Position numbers and translations under genes: made by a program. A stretch of DNA of 63,909 nucleotides, counting the filler, from Thelocarpon superellum (taxonomy: Eukaryota): the NCBI GenBank assembly GCA_026025795.1. It is 4 parts of 4 records of this genome, joined end to end, with 100 filler letters (N's around TTAATTAATTAA, not from the genome) between each part and the next. Parts side by side here need not be neighbours in the genome. Positions count along the whole stretch, not along the records: positions 16,234 to 32,308 come from JAPEUG010000397.1; positions 32,409 to 48,405 come from JAPEUG010000398.1; 2 more parts are not named here. The stretch is one strand, 5' to 3'. The notes beneath the pieces were generated by a model, which saw only the letters and a program-made list of their open reading frames with translations, was not told the DNA's origin and did no database searches. Shown piece by piece: positions 24,035 to 36,389 of the stretch; within the stretch, counting starts at the first letter, position 1; every line of letters begins with the position of its first letter.

Positions 24035-24928
24035 CGGACTCGGCGCCTCCAGATGTATCGGCGGTGAAGTGTAGGGAGACCTCATGGGCGACCAAAACGG
24101 GCTGGGAGCTGTAATCGTTGGTCAGGGAGCTACACCGCGGGGCGAGACGTGAGACGACGTGTCACTTTGGCATCAGAGATGATCGTGACCGTGATGATAG
24201 AAGATGGAGGAGGCGAGCATGAGCAAGAACAGCGACAACGAGGACGACGATAGATCAATCAAAGTCATGTCCTGGGCCGGCAGATTAGCTAAGCTCAGGC
24301 ACATGCAAAATACCCGTCGCAGCGCTCGCTTGGCGAAAGGGGCTGGATCAGATGACGGGATTGGTGGTGGCATGAGGCTGTCCGGGGACGCTGGAGCTGT
24401 CATGAGCCGGCGTCACCTGTTGGCTACCGGCAAACCCACCCGCGCTTCGGACCCTGGTTCATTGTAACCCTACCGAGACTAGCGCGGATGAGCGCCGCGA
24501 TCCGACCGTCGCGCTGAGCACGCTGACTACACCGCGCACTCGAGCATGATTGGCCAAGGGCCATGGCGGGCGTCGTCGGGCGTGGTCCGTCGGGTGCCTC
24601 TGCTTCACCCTACTGCACGCCGGCGTCGTTCAGCCTGTTGCTGCGCTCTCCGCTGCTGCTCCAACCATCGCGACGCACGACGCAAGCTTCCTTGTCCCTT
24701 CACCGGCCCCCCGCTACCACGGCTTCCGGCGCCCCCTCTGCCGGCTCATCTGTGTGAACTGCTCTTGGGCGCTTCCGTACCGTGCCACTCATCCTCTGGG
24801 TGACCTTCGCTGGGTCGGGTGCGTGGCCGTGATCGTGCCGGTCGAGCTGGTCCCCGAGGAGACCATCGCCTGTTGCGTTCCCGTTCACTCGCCGACAGCA
24901 GACGGCCCATCGCCACGACGACTCCATC

Positions 24929-26953
24929 ATGTGGGAGCTTTGCACTTCATGTTGTCAAGGTAGCCCGCCCACGCACGTCCAACATGCCTCTTTCCCCACT
25001 GACGCCTGCTGCTGACCCAGGCCGATCCCGCGACGGTCTGTACGAACCGGAGCTCGCCGAGGATGAGCGGGAAGCCGTGCGTGACTTGCTACAATTTCTG
25101 GAAAACGTACGTGGGGGGGCACACTTTCTTCTTCGCGCAGCGGTTACATGCTGACGCGTACGCACGATAGCGGAACGACACCGACTTCTTCTCGGGCGAA
25201 CCGCTGCGAGCACTCAGTACCCTCGTGTACTCGGACAACATCTCGCTTCAACGAAGCGCAAGCCTGACCTTTGCCGAGGTCACTGAACGCGGTATGAGCG
25301 TGCTGTGCATGGATCGAGGAGGAGTGAGGACCCTGGCTGATGGCTGTCATGCCTAGATGTCCGCGTCGTCGACCGGGACACCTTGGAGCCCATCCTGTCC
25401 CTCCTCGCCAGCTCCGATGTCGAGGTCCAGCGTGCGGCCAGTGCCGCGCTGGGCAATCTTGCTGTCGACAGTGAGTGCCGCCCACCACGATGAGCAGGCG
25501 TCATACTGATGGGTTCAGCCGACAACAAAGTAGCCATTGTTCTCCTGGGCGGGCTGCCTCCGCTCATCAAGCAGATGATGTCGCCCAACGTGGAAGTGCA
25601 GTGCAATGCCGTCGGCTGCATCACGAATCTTGCGACGCATGAAGAGAACAAGGCTAAGATTGCCCGTTCGGGCGCCTTGGGACCGTTGACCCGTTTGGCC
25701 AAGTCCAAAGACATGAGGGTACAACGGAATGCCACGGGCGCGCTGCTGAACATGACCCACTCAGGTGAGTGCGGCCCGTCGACGGTGCGAAGCCGGGCGC
25801 CGCTCACGCGCGATGCAGATGAGAACCGACAGCAGCTGGTCAACGCCGGCGCCATTCCGGTGCTGGTGCAGCTCCTCTCGTCGTCCGACGTCGACGTCCA
25901 GTACTACTGTACCACGGCGCTGAGCAACATCGCCGTCGACCAGGCCAACCGGAAGAAGCTGGCAGCATCGGAGAACCGACTGATCCATTCCCTCGTGCAC
26001 CTGATGGACTCAACCTCGCCCAAGGTGCAATGCCAGGCGGCGTTGGCGCTGCGCAACCTGGCCTCGGATGAGAAGTATCAGCTCGAGATCGTCAAAGCGC
26101 GTGGTCTCACCCCGCTGCTCCGCCTGCTCTCCTCGTCCTACCTGCCCCTCATCCTCTCGGCGGTGGCGTGCATCCGCAACATCTCCATCCACCCGCAGAA
26201 CGAGTCACCCATCATCGAGGCCGGCTTTCTCAAGCCGCTCGTCGATCTTCTCGGCTCGACCGACAACGAGGAGATTCAGTGCCACGCCATCTCGACCCTG
26301 CGCAACCTGGCGGCCAGCTCGGACCGCAACAAGCAGCTGGTGCTCGAGGCGGGCGCCGTTCAGAAGTGCAAGCAGCTGGTCCTGGACCTGCCCATCAGCG
26401 TGCAGTCGGAGATGACGGCCGCCATCGCGGTCCTGGCGCTGAGCGAGGAGCTCAAGAGCCACCTCTTGAGCCTCGGCATCTTCGACGTGCTGATCCCCCT
26501 GACGGATTCGTCGAGCATCGAGGTGCAAGGCAACAGCGCCGCCGCCCTGGGCAACCTCTCCTCCAAAGGTATGTGATGGGGGATGAGGGTGGAAGAACAC
26601 CGGCCGTCGCTGACAGGAAGACAGTGGGCGATTATTCCATCTTCATCCAAGACTGGACCGAGCCCAACGGCGGCATCCACGGCTACTTGCAACGCTTCTT
26701 GGCCAGCGGGGACCCGACCTTCCAACACATCGCCATCTGGACGCTCCTGCAGCTGCTGGAGTCGGAGGATAAGAAGCTGATCGATCTGATCGCCAAGTCG
26801 GAGGAGATGGTGCAGATGATCCGGACCATCTCGGACAAGACGATCGAGTCGGACGACGAAGACGGCGAGGATGGGGAGGGAGAGGTGGTCAACCTGGCGC
26901 GTCGTTCGCTGGAGCTCCTGGGCAAGAACGACCGCCGACACATCGAAGCCTGA
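24929..26953 (+). CDS. VAC8: Vacuolar armadillo-repeat protein Vac8; exons 24929-24959, 25021-25106, 25171-25291, 25357-25470, 25519-25764, 25819-26568, 26625-26953
   Basis: [69 protein letters not shown] and further ARM repeats. Six GT-AG introns, all phase-consistent. The first exon is less certain. Confidence 0.94.
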
Positions 26954-27576
26954 GCACGCTCACCTTCTCGGCCGCTGTCCGGGCATGTCCCTCGTACGTG
27001 CACTCGACGGCCGGCGTGGGCGACGTCTCTCGCCCGCTCTGGGGAGCACGGCCGGCGCGCGACGTCACTTTCTCTCCCGTCTCCTTGAATTTGTAGCGAG
27101 CATGGGTGGAGTCAGGGTGGGCCGTACAAAGGATTCGGCGTGGCGCATCGCATCTTTCCCGCGCGCGCTCCGACATCCACAGGACCGCAGCGCCACTACA
27201 TTCGTTCCACCACCATCGTTCCCATTCTCTTTCCCATTTTCCATCGTCTGCAGTGCCTCTCGTCTTGATTCATGTAGTGCACCGGATCGGCTTGGACACG
27301 GCGTCAGGCATCCTTCGTGCTCGAGTTTGTGGAGACCGTGGCACCACTGTACCGCCGCACCCGGTAAGACGTATAGAGAGATGCAGATTTCCCTCCGAGG
27401 ACCATGTCTCATGCACCGTAGAGACGACCCGTAGAGAAGATGAGCCTGACAGTCACCGAGAGGTCGATCCTTTCCGACTGGTTCCCTCGGGATCGCGTAG
27501 GTCGCCGAAGCGATCTCGATGCATCGTTATCATCCCCACATGGCTCACGTTGCCACTCTGTTCCCATGGTATATAC

Positions 27577-28512
27577 ATGAGCATGGCCACCACCTCACCT
27601 GGCCCAGGTCCCCCACTGGCCACACCGGGCCAAATCCTCGGGACGACGGCGGAGTACCGTCCGGGACCAGGCACGCACCTCCACGCCTCGCACATCCAGG
27701 CCTCCATTGCAGGCATCATCACGACCATTGCTCCCGCCGCAACCGCGCCCCATACGAAAGTCACAGCGCAGAAACCCCTCCTCGCCATTTCTCCCAACCC
27801 ACCTTTCCCTCCTCTCACGTCCAGCGATGAGCGGCAAGCAGGGACACCGGCACCGGCACATGGACCGAACGAGACCGCGACAAAAAGTCAGGCGTCGAAT
27901 AGCGCAGTCCCCACACGCCATGTAATCCTGCCAGAAGTCAACTCGCAGGTCCTGGCGCGCGTCACGAAGATCAATCCGCGCCAGGCTACGGTGTCGATTC
28001 TAGTCGTGGGCGATCAAGCCGTCTCTGATGGAATAGATACCGCGGGAGCGGCAGGGAGTGGAGGAGAGGATTTCCAGGGCGTTATCCGGTGGCGCTCCCC
28101 CTCCCTTTCTTCTCTCTCTCCCTCTACTTGATACAGCCGCTTTGTTCCATGGAGGCCGGGGCTAATCAGTTGCGGGAGTCCAGAGTGCAGGACGTGCGAG
28201 CGACGGAAAAAGACAAAGTCAAGATCTTTTCGAGTTTTCGACCGGGCGATATCGTCCGAGCTGTGGTGGTAAAGCCGTTCTTGCCCCACCGCCTGCTCGC
28301 GCTCTCTCTCGTGGTGGAAGTCCCCTAACGAGTGATAGATCTCTCTAGGTGACCAATCGAACTACTACCTCTCCACGGCCAGCAACGCCCTGGGCGTTAT
28401 CATGGCCAAGGCCGAAGAGTCGGGAAATGCCATGTACCCCATCAGCTGGCGCGAGTTTCGAGATCCCGTCACGGGCGTCGTGGAGGCTAGGAAGGTCGCG
28501 AAGCCCTTTTGA
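27577..28512 (+). CDS. CSL4: Exosome complex component Csl4; exons 27577-28088, 28184-28268, 28339-28512
   Basis: PGQILG...PGPGTH, LPEVNSQVLARVTK, FQGVIRVQDVRATEKDKVK...[25 protein letters not shown]...RKVAKPF*. Confidence 0.94.
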
Positions 28513-28746
28513 CGCATTGACTGAGCGAACGATCGTGCGTGTATCTGGTCATCGGTCGGTTCTCGACCGACGGGACGGAACATGCCCTTTCTGATGAAGA
28601 GTGCCCACGTAGATCGTTTCATGTACGAGGGTACAAGTAGGTTATGTGATTGCTACAGTCCTAGTGGGAGAAGGAAGAAGAGGAGGAGGAGGAGCTGGTG
28701 GCTGTAGGGGAGGTACATGGCAGGAGATGAGGAGATGACAGAGGGC

Positions 28747-30875
28747 TTAATCACGACGCCGTCGATCCCTGTCCCGGTCACGGTCACGGTCACGGTCGCG
28801 GTCTCGGTCTCGGTCACGGTCCCGACTACCGCTCCGGGTCCTCTTACCAGGCCCGGCCCCAGCTCCGGCCTCCGAAACACTGTTCCTCCCGCTTCCGCCA
28901 CCACCAGGGACGTACCGGTCGATGTCGGTGTATTTGGGTCTTCCTTCTCTCTCCCTCTCTCTTTCTCTGTCCCTGTCCCTGTCCCTGTCTCTGTCCCAAT
29001 CGCGTCCTCGATCCCGCTCCCGCTCCCTATCTCTATCCCAGTCACGTTCCCTCTCCCTCTCCCTGTCGCGATCCCAGCCCCGATCTCGATCTCGATCTCG
29101 GTCTCGATCCCGATCTCGATCTCGATCCCGATCCCGATCACGACGGCTCAAAGCAGGACTATAGCTGCGCGACCGTCGACGAGGAGGAGGAGGAGGAGGA
29201 GGAGGAGGACGAGGAGGCCGCGTAGATCCACCAGGCCGGTAGGAGTCGATATCGACCGCCGGGCTACGAGAGCGCGAGTCGCGACGGCGACGGGGAGGCG
29301 GGGGGGAGCGAGGTGAGCGACTGCGCCGGTATGCGCGGGGTGGGGGCGTGCGAGAGCGGGATCGGTCGCGTCGGCGGCGCGGCGCGAGGATGGGCGAGGG
29401 TGAGCGGCGTCGACGTCGGCGGTCGGGTGGACTGGATCCGCGCCGGGTTCGAGAATCGGCCCGTCGAGCGCGTCCGTCATTGCTTCCGCTCCGGCTCCGT
29501 CGTCGAGATCGTGATCGTGCTCGTCGCGGTTCGGGGCGAAAAGTGTCTTTGGGAGCCGTCGTCGTTCGTTCGTCTGCTTGACGCGAGGAACGGCGCGCGC
29601 GGTTTCGGCTTCGGCTTCGGCTTCGGCTTCGGCTTCGGTGCCGGCTGCTCTCACGTCGTGGGGCGGGACGGTCGCGGGTTCGACTGCGTGACCGCTCCCT
29701 GGTCTCCCCACGGACTCGTGTCGGGGTACGAGAGCGAGAGATGCGCTCCACTTTCGCATTTCGTTCCGTTGCGTGGTGTGATGAGCCGGGGAAATTGGCC
29801 TTGGACATGTGGCTTCGTCGTTGTGGTGGCTCAAGTGATTCGGATCGTTCTAGTTCGGGCTTCGACCGAGCTTTGGCTGCCAGCTCCTGCCCCTCTTTCA
29901 AGAGTAGATTCAGGGCTTCCTCTTCCAGACCCTTCTCATCATCGGGTGGTAGAACGAGGGGTCGTTTTTCGGTGGGCTCCCCTGGTAGATGCCGTGGTGA
30001 ACGCCGACCATGTCGGTCGCGTTCCCGTTCCCGTTCCCGTTCCCGTTCCCGTTCTCGTTCCCTCTCCCGCTCCCGCTCGCGCTCTCGGTCCCGATCGTGC
30101 GCTTTCTCTCGTTCTCGCCGGATCTCCCGCTCTCCTTGCTCTCTTTGTTCTCGTTGTTCTCGCTCTTTCTCACGTTCAGCCTCTAGCTTCGCCGCACGCT
30201 CCTTTTCTTGTCGTCGCTCTTCCTCCTTGATCTTGGCCTTTTCCTCTGCACGTCTTCGCGCCTCGGCTTCGTCGAGTTCGCGTTGCTTCCGGAGTTCTTC
30301 CTCTCGAATCTTCTCCCGCTCCAGCCGTCGCGCCTCGAATGCTCGGGCGTAGTCCTCTTCGGTCTTGTTGCCGACCTGCTGCTCCTCTGCGGCGGCGTCG
30401 TCACCAATCTGAGCACGTCGAATCCCTCGGATCGTCTCCTCCACATGACTTAGGTTTTCGTCGATAAAGGCGTCAATGCTGGCTTCGACGGTGCGGTAGA
30501 TGTCCGTCCGGTCCACGGCGCCCTCGATCAAGGTTGCTGCCTTCCCGCGCTCGCGAGACAGCAGGGAGGGATCACGGTCGATCTCCGCTTCCGCAAGCTC
30601 GACGAGCGAGTCTGTGAACGTCGTCTTGGCTTCCTGCGCATGACACGTCTTCAGCAGGAGGTAGGGTTGAGCAGTAGTGCGCCACTTACGCTGCTCTCAA
30701 AGGTCGTCCATGCTTTCTTGCGAAGCCAATCGAACTCGCCCTTTTTCTGAAAAGTCACATAGAGCGTGTCGATGGCCGACTTCGTAGCTGGCGAGAGCGG
30801 AAGGTCCGACGTCTTGAACTTCTTACGCGCCGGGCCATCCTCTCCCCGCGCGTCCAGGAGAGATTGTGACGACAT
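28747..30875 (-). CDS. Shg1/BOD1 (COMPASS-associated) domain protein with a long RS/RD/RE low-complexity tail; exons 30875-30690, 30633-28747
   Basis: N-terminal FQKKGEFDWLRKKAW...LLSRERGKAATLIEGAVDR recalls the COMPASS-Shg1 domain. Tail has (RE)n, (RS)n, (RD)n and IDRYVPG motifs. Confidence 0.8.
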
Positions 30876-31192
30876 TGCGGCCTCGCACACATGGCCCAGA
30901 GGTGGATCACGACCTTGCCCGATTATCTGGAGAGTTGCGTGACGGTGGACGGTCATGGCATTGCTCCCAGATCGGTTAGCTCTGTCGCGGATCCGAATGC
31001 TCGCCGCACGTGATGTACTCATACGGCGTCTCGACTGCAGCTGTACCGATCCCTCATGAACTCGGAGAACAGGACAACCCAAGCAACGCCAATTGGGTCA
31101 CTCGACGCGGCTCCTCCCGCAATCTTGGCCGGCTGTACTCTCATCCTACTTGAGCCGACATCTCGCATTGATCGACTTCATCCTTCGTCACA

Positions 31193-31544
31193 ATGGTGCA
31201 CAAGGTCCTCTTCTGGAGTGGCTTCGGTACGGCAATGGTCCACCCTGTTTGATCCCACCAAGTCCACTCGACACTGATTCGATACGTTCGATGTAGGGCT
31301 CGCAGTCCGCGCGTGGCAGCTCGGGCTCGAGATGCGACCTTTCTTCAACAAGGAATCGCTCTGGGCATATCCGGTCTTCGCAGGCGTCGGAGGCAGCTTT
31401 GGCTGGTGGTTGATGGGCGTGGAGGAGCGACAGAACAAGATCCTGTCGGAACGGAGAGCAAGCTTGTTGGAGAAACGAAGAAGGCGGGCAGAGAGAGAAG
31501 GAGAGCAGGTGGAGGGGGCGGCATCACTGGCCAGCGCGTCATGA
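31193..31544 (+). CDS. Small NADH:ubiquinone oxidoreductase (complex I) accessory subunit, fungal '14 kDa subunit' family; exons 31193-31226, 31297-31544
   Basis: MVHKVLFWSGFGLAVRAWQLGLEMRPFFNKESLWAYPVFAGVGGSFGWWL... has two short TM segments and a charged tail. Family recognised from memory. Confidence 0.8.
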
Positions 31545-32308
31545 GAGTTCGTCTGTGTGGAAGGGGATGAGGTGAGTCTCCCACTTCCATGGGACATGGA
31601 CCAGATCGCTTACTGCGATGCCACTCTTCAAGCCTCAACAGCTCGTAGCATATATGTTCTGCATGAACGAGTAGAGTCGCTCTATCACCTCCAAGATCAA
31701 TCCAAGACCCATCTTTATCGAGCCGTGGTCACCGACGCAAAGTCAGCAGAATTTGAGGCCCGAGCCCCTCCCTTCTGTAGCTACAGCGAAAGCACCTCCT
31801 GGAGCTACAGCACAAGCGGACCGGCTCCAGCTCATTCCTACATTCACCGTCGATCTTCATGAGATTGGTTGAACGAAGAGACCAAAACTATAACCGAACA
31901 ACGTTCCCGTCGCAGGTCTAGCCCGCTGCTATTTCCCACTCTCAGTCGTACTTTGGCTGGCTTGGATTTTGGTAGAGGAGGAGGACGCAGCTGCTCCTGG
32001 GCTGGACTTTGGACAGCAAGATGTGGGACGAAGTACCACATCCTAGAGTAGAGTTATGACTGGGAACTCTGTGGCAAACCAGGTTACGTAGTGTAGTGTC
32101 CCTGGAGGAGCCGCGAAGGGCGTTGGACCGCTGCGCCAGCTGGCCCTCAGTAGTGGAAAGCGGTGTAACTAATGGTCTCTGCGCTCCACTCGATCCTACG
32201 CGAGAGAGTTGAGCAGCGGAGGCCACTCCCGCCACGCAGCCGCCGACGGGCGCTAAGCGATCGGCTACGGACAACAAATGATTCACATGTCGCCCGCCCG
32301 CTGATGAT

Positions 32309-32408
32309 NNNNNNNNNNNNNNNNNNNNNNNNNNNNNNNNNNNNNNNNNNNNTTAATTAATTAANNNNNNNNNNNNNNNNNNNNNNNNNNNNNNNNNNNN
32401 NNNNNNNN
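32309..32408. other. Artificial contig linker (44 N + TTAATTAATTAA + 44 N)
   Basis: Same structure as the other two linkers. Confidence 0.97.
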
Positions 32409-32616
32409 CAACCCAGCCCGAGTCGCTGGTGGAAGCATTCTCCTTCCTCTTGGTATGCCCTTCAAGCTTGGAATGTAGATCTTCACTGACTGTTGTGTAG
32501 CTGTTGGCGTTGGGTTAGAAGTGATATTGAGCAAGGGAGGGTTGTTTCGACAGAACACGCTATATGTGAGGCCGGCGGCTACGTCTCACAGTAGAAATGG
32601 GAGGAGTCGTGCGGGT

Positions 32617-32637
32617 GTCACGTGTATGGTCACGTGA
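32617..32637. promoter_or_regulatory. Tandem GTCACGTG E-boxes (Cbf1/bHLH-type sites)
   Basis: GTCACGTG at 32617-32624 and GTCACGTGA at 32629-32637 in non-coding DNA. Function is inferred from the motif only. Confidence 0.45.
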
Positions 32638-33608
32638 TCGCCGATACCGTATACCGCGAGTCACCCAGGCAGCTAGCAGAGCTCCAGCGTCCAACTCGAG
32701 TCTTACGACGGAGGCAGAAATAGGGTTCGGAACTCTGTTGCATTACAATGTCCCAGTCAACCGACGGCGTCTATTGATTCTACCTAGCTGTACGCTTCGT
32801 CGTCACAGTGACCCGCGCAAGGGCTCCCGCGGGTCGTTCCGCACACTCGGCTTGAGCGACGTCGTCCAGGTGAAGCGAGGGCGACGGCGTGGTGGAGATT
32901 CGTACCGAGTCCCGTACTCGTACTGACGCACCCCGAAAACTAGACTGGAGATGGGTGGTGTATTCTGCAGAAGCTATTATTCGTCGTTTTGATATACAGC
33001 TATTGTGGGTCACGTGCGGTGGCTTAGTCAGAAGCCTCGAGCTCCCGTATGAAGCCTCCACAGTAACTATGTTACCCTTAGTGGTCTCTGTAGGGTTCGC
33101 ACAACAGCTTTCCCGAGAATTCCCAATACCGGCGGCCGGTTGACCATCTTTGCCCACCATCACCTAGGCAGGCCTCTTGCGCTGTTCGAAGGTACCGGCA
33201 TGCGGCCTCAGCAGCGTGGATCTGTGGGCGACCTACTCTCTTCGAGGAAGAGGAGGCAGCTGATTCGATGAGACGTCCACGCCGATTTTTGCTTTTTCCC
33301 CGGGACCACTTACAGGCGAGAATGTTAGCCTCGCTGCATCATCCCTGCCAACGGGCTGGGCGCCTCGTATGCAGCTCTGCGGTACCATCGGCCTGGGGCC
33401 GGTCAGCCTCGTCGGACGGTATCCGGTGTCCGGCCAGGCTTCTCATATCCTTCTACCACCCTCTAACGGCAGTGCCTCGAAATCCTTTCGGTGATTGGGA
33501 ATTACTCTCAATCCGCGATGTTTCACTCCGCTACCACTCATCCAACCTCTTGATCGTTAAGTAGATGATGCGTCAGGATGCCAGCGTGGCTGGCGGCCGT
33601 CCCTTCTG

Positions 33609-36116
33609 ATGGCAATGTGGCTCAAGTCTCGCGAGAGGACGGCCGATGCCTGGCGGGTCCAGTCAAGCTATATCGAGGCATTTGCCGCGGGCGAGGAAAG
33701 TGAAACATTTGCTGAGGCAGATCTCGAGCTCATCGGCGACCACCTTCACTCTTTGGGAGGAGAGTCATGGAGCGAGCGTCCTCGGATTTACGCCATCTTG
33801 TGGATGATGGATCGGTTACATCTGATGGATGATTTCGTCACTGCGGGCGTCAGCGACTTGTGGTTTCCCTTCTCTGAGCGTGCCCTCCCTCCTATCTTGA
33901 TGCTCCATCCCGATGTCGCTTCGGCCTTTTTGAAATTGCAATCACGGGTCCAACCTGACGTGGTGGAGTTTGAGCAATCTTTGGAGCTTGGCGCCCAACA
34001 TTTCTCCAGCTGTGATGACCTCCCCTTTGATATTCAGGCTCGTCTTGGAGAAGGGAGTTTCGGAGAGGTGCACGTTATTCGCAGTAGGCGCACGTCGAAT
34101 CTCTACGCCTTGAAACGCATGCGCCGCGGCCAGACATATGCGCAGGACCGAGAGGTCTTGGGGGAATTTGAGAGAGAGATCGCGGTGCTCAAGAAGGTGG
34201 CGCATCGACATGCGGTGAAACTAGTCTGCAGCTTGACCGACCTGTCGTCTGTGGGGCTGGTCATGTCGCCCGTAGCGGACGAGAACCTCGCGACGTTCCT
34301 GACCGCACCACGGACGACCCAACGGGATGTGCGGCTTCAGAAGTTTTATGGCTGCATAGCGACCGCGTTGGGATATCTACACGACGAACAGATCCGCCAC
34401 AAGGTCAGAAGACATGCTCTGACCATCTTTGCCACTGACACGATGTAGGATATCAAACCTCAAAACATCCTGATCCACGGGCATAATATCTTGCTGGCAG
34501 ACTTTGGGCTGGCGCGGGATTCGTCAGTTTCAGTGTTGGACGCGACAACGGAAGGACGACCGAACGGCCTCACGCGGCAATACGCGGCGCCCGAGGTTTT
34601 GAGTTGGGATCATCGGAGCTATTCAGCCGACATCTGGTCCTTGGGCTGTGTTTTTTTGGAGATGACGACCGTGTGGCGGGGCCATGCATTATCCGAGCTT
34701 CGCGAATTCATGATGACCCATGCTTCTGAGAGCACGCTCTATTCGATGAATCCCAATGGCTTCTACGAGTGGATCAGTCTCGTCCGAGGGGAAGCCACTC
34801 CGCAGTCGCCCTTTGACTGGGTGATGGACATGCTGCAGATGCGACGGTCCGATCGTCCTAGCATTCATTCTTTGATCGCACGGATAACGGAAGAGGGGAC
34901 CAACTCTGATTACTGTGGAACGTGCTGCGTGAGCAACTCTGTGGAAGAAGGAGCTCGGACGATGGAGAGTGTCGTCGAAGCGCGGGAAGATCCGCCCGCA
35001 CATCATGCCAGTCGCAATGCGGACACCGAATCGCACACGCCGGACACTTTGACGCCTGAAGCGAGCGTGCAAAACGACACCGATGATTATGCACGGTTGA
35101 CCAAAGAGCTGGACGAAGCGAGCATCCACGACTTGCTCTATGACATGGGTTCGGAAAGCTCTGGTGGAATAAGACGGGGAACGGCAAGTGAGGTTGTCGC
35201 TAGCACAAGGAAAAGCAAAAGGCAGATTCCACCTCTGTCTCTGGCTGCCCGTGGCCCGTTATCGACGGTCGAGGCGACTCGAGGGGTCCTATCAACAACT
35301 AACTTAACTGAGTCGTCTCCCAATCCACTCAATGATGGCGCTCAACCTATCGAGCCCCGGACCCGTCCTGGAGATGTGGAGGAGCCCTTGACGCATGAGA
35401 ATCCCTCTCATTCAGTGGAGCAAGAGGCGGGCGCAACTGAAGGCTATCATGCCGGTCTCAACCAGGATAAGGCGGCCCACACTCTACCTCGGCCAGCGTT
35501 GGGCCCAAAATCAAGCGACGCTATCCGCCGGCTCATGGATGGAGTGTCCGCGAAAGACTATGCTGAGGCGGCTCTCGCGTTATCCGGTCAAGGCAACATG
35601 GATGGGTCATGGGCAGGGGCCAAGAAGGGACTCCCTCCGCTCCCACCTCTCCACTGGGCGGCCGAAGAGGGACACGAGTCGATCGTGGAGGAGGTGCTGG
35701 AGCGAGGAGCAAACATTAACGCCCGTGCCGGCCGCTTCAACTGTACGGCGCTACATTTTGCCCTGGTCAACCGGCAAATAGCGGTGGCGGAACTGTTGCT
35801 CAAGAGGGGGGCCAGCACGGAGGTAGCCGCGGCGGACGATCGGCGACCGTTGCATTACGTCTGCGTGGATGGTTTCAAGGCGGGCACGCGATTGTTGCTG
35901 GAGGCGGGGGCCGACGCGGAGGCCTGCGCAGGCCATGAGAAGCGCCCCCTGCACTTGGCGGTGGAAAATGGCAATGGGGCGATTGTCCGAGTGCTCCTAC
36001 AACATGGAGTGGACATCCACGCAGAGGATGAAAAGGGGCAAACGGCCATGTGGTATGCGACCGTGCACGAGCACGATGAGATTGAGGAGATGTTGTTGCA
36101 GGCAAACGAAGGGTGA
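33609..36116 (+). CDS. Ser/Thr protein kinase with C-terminal ankyrin repeats; intron 34404-34448; start codon uncertain
   Basis: LGEGSFGEV, YALK, IRHK|DIKPQNIL across the intron, LADFGLA, YAAPE, DIWSLGCVFLEM. Ankyrin motifs PLHWAA, TALHFA, PLHYVC, PLHLAV, TAMWYA. Confidence 0.9.
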
Positions 36117-36389
36117 TTCTGTCATGGCTTGAGATGGAAGATTCTGAAATAGGACGTACTCGATCATCATGTGGAGACAAGGTTGGAATGTCAAATACGC
36201 TGGCTCCGTGATTGGTGAGTCTAGTAGAGGCTGATTGGCTCTCGGGTCGACGTGCTCCGAGAGCTTACCCGCAGTTGCGTTCTGTTGGCTCCCGCGGGAT
36301 CATCTGCAGAGCTCCAAGATCACGTCCGGGCAGCGGCCGTCCGACAACAATATCAATCCATACTAACCTTCCTCGTCTACCCTCCCAAG

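Noticed and set aside
28760..29145. Regularly repeated hexamers as a CRISPR-like or satellite array
   Set aside because: They encode the RD dipeptide tail of the Shg1/BOD1 protein; there is no repeat-spacer structure and the context is eukaryotic.
32409..32438. Possible gene start MLPPATRAGL on the minus strand at the contig edge
   Set aside because: Only 10 codons are visible, too little to call.
36215..36389. Possible 5' UTR intron of ERG26 (GTGAGT...TACTAAC...AAG|ATG)
   Set aside because: The putative donor lies among CCAAT-box-like ATTGG motifs only about 100 bp after the kinase stop, so it is probably promoter; cannot be supported without transcripts.
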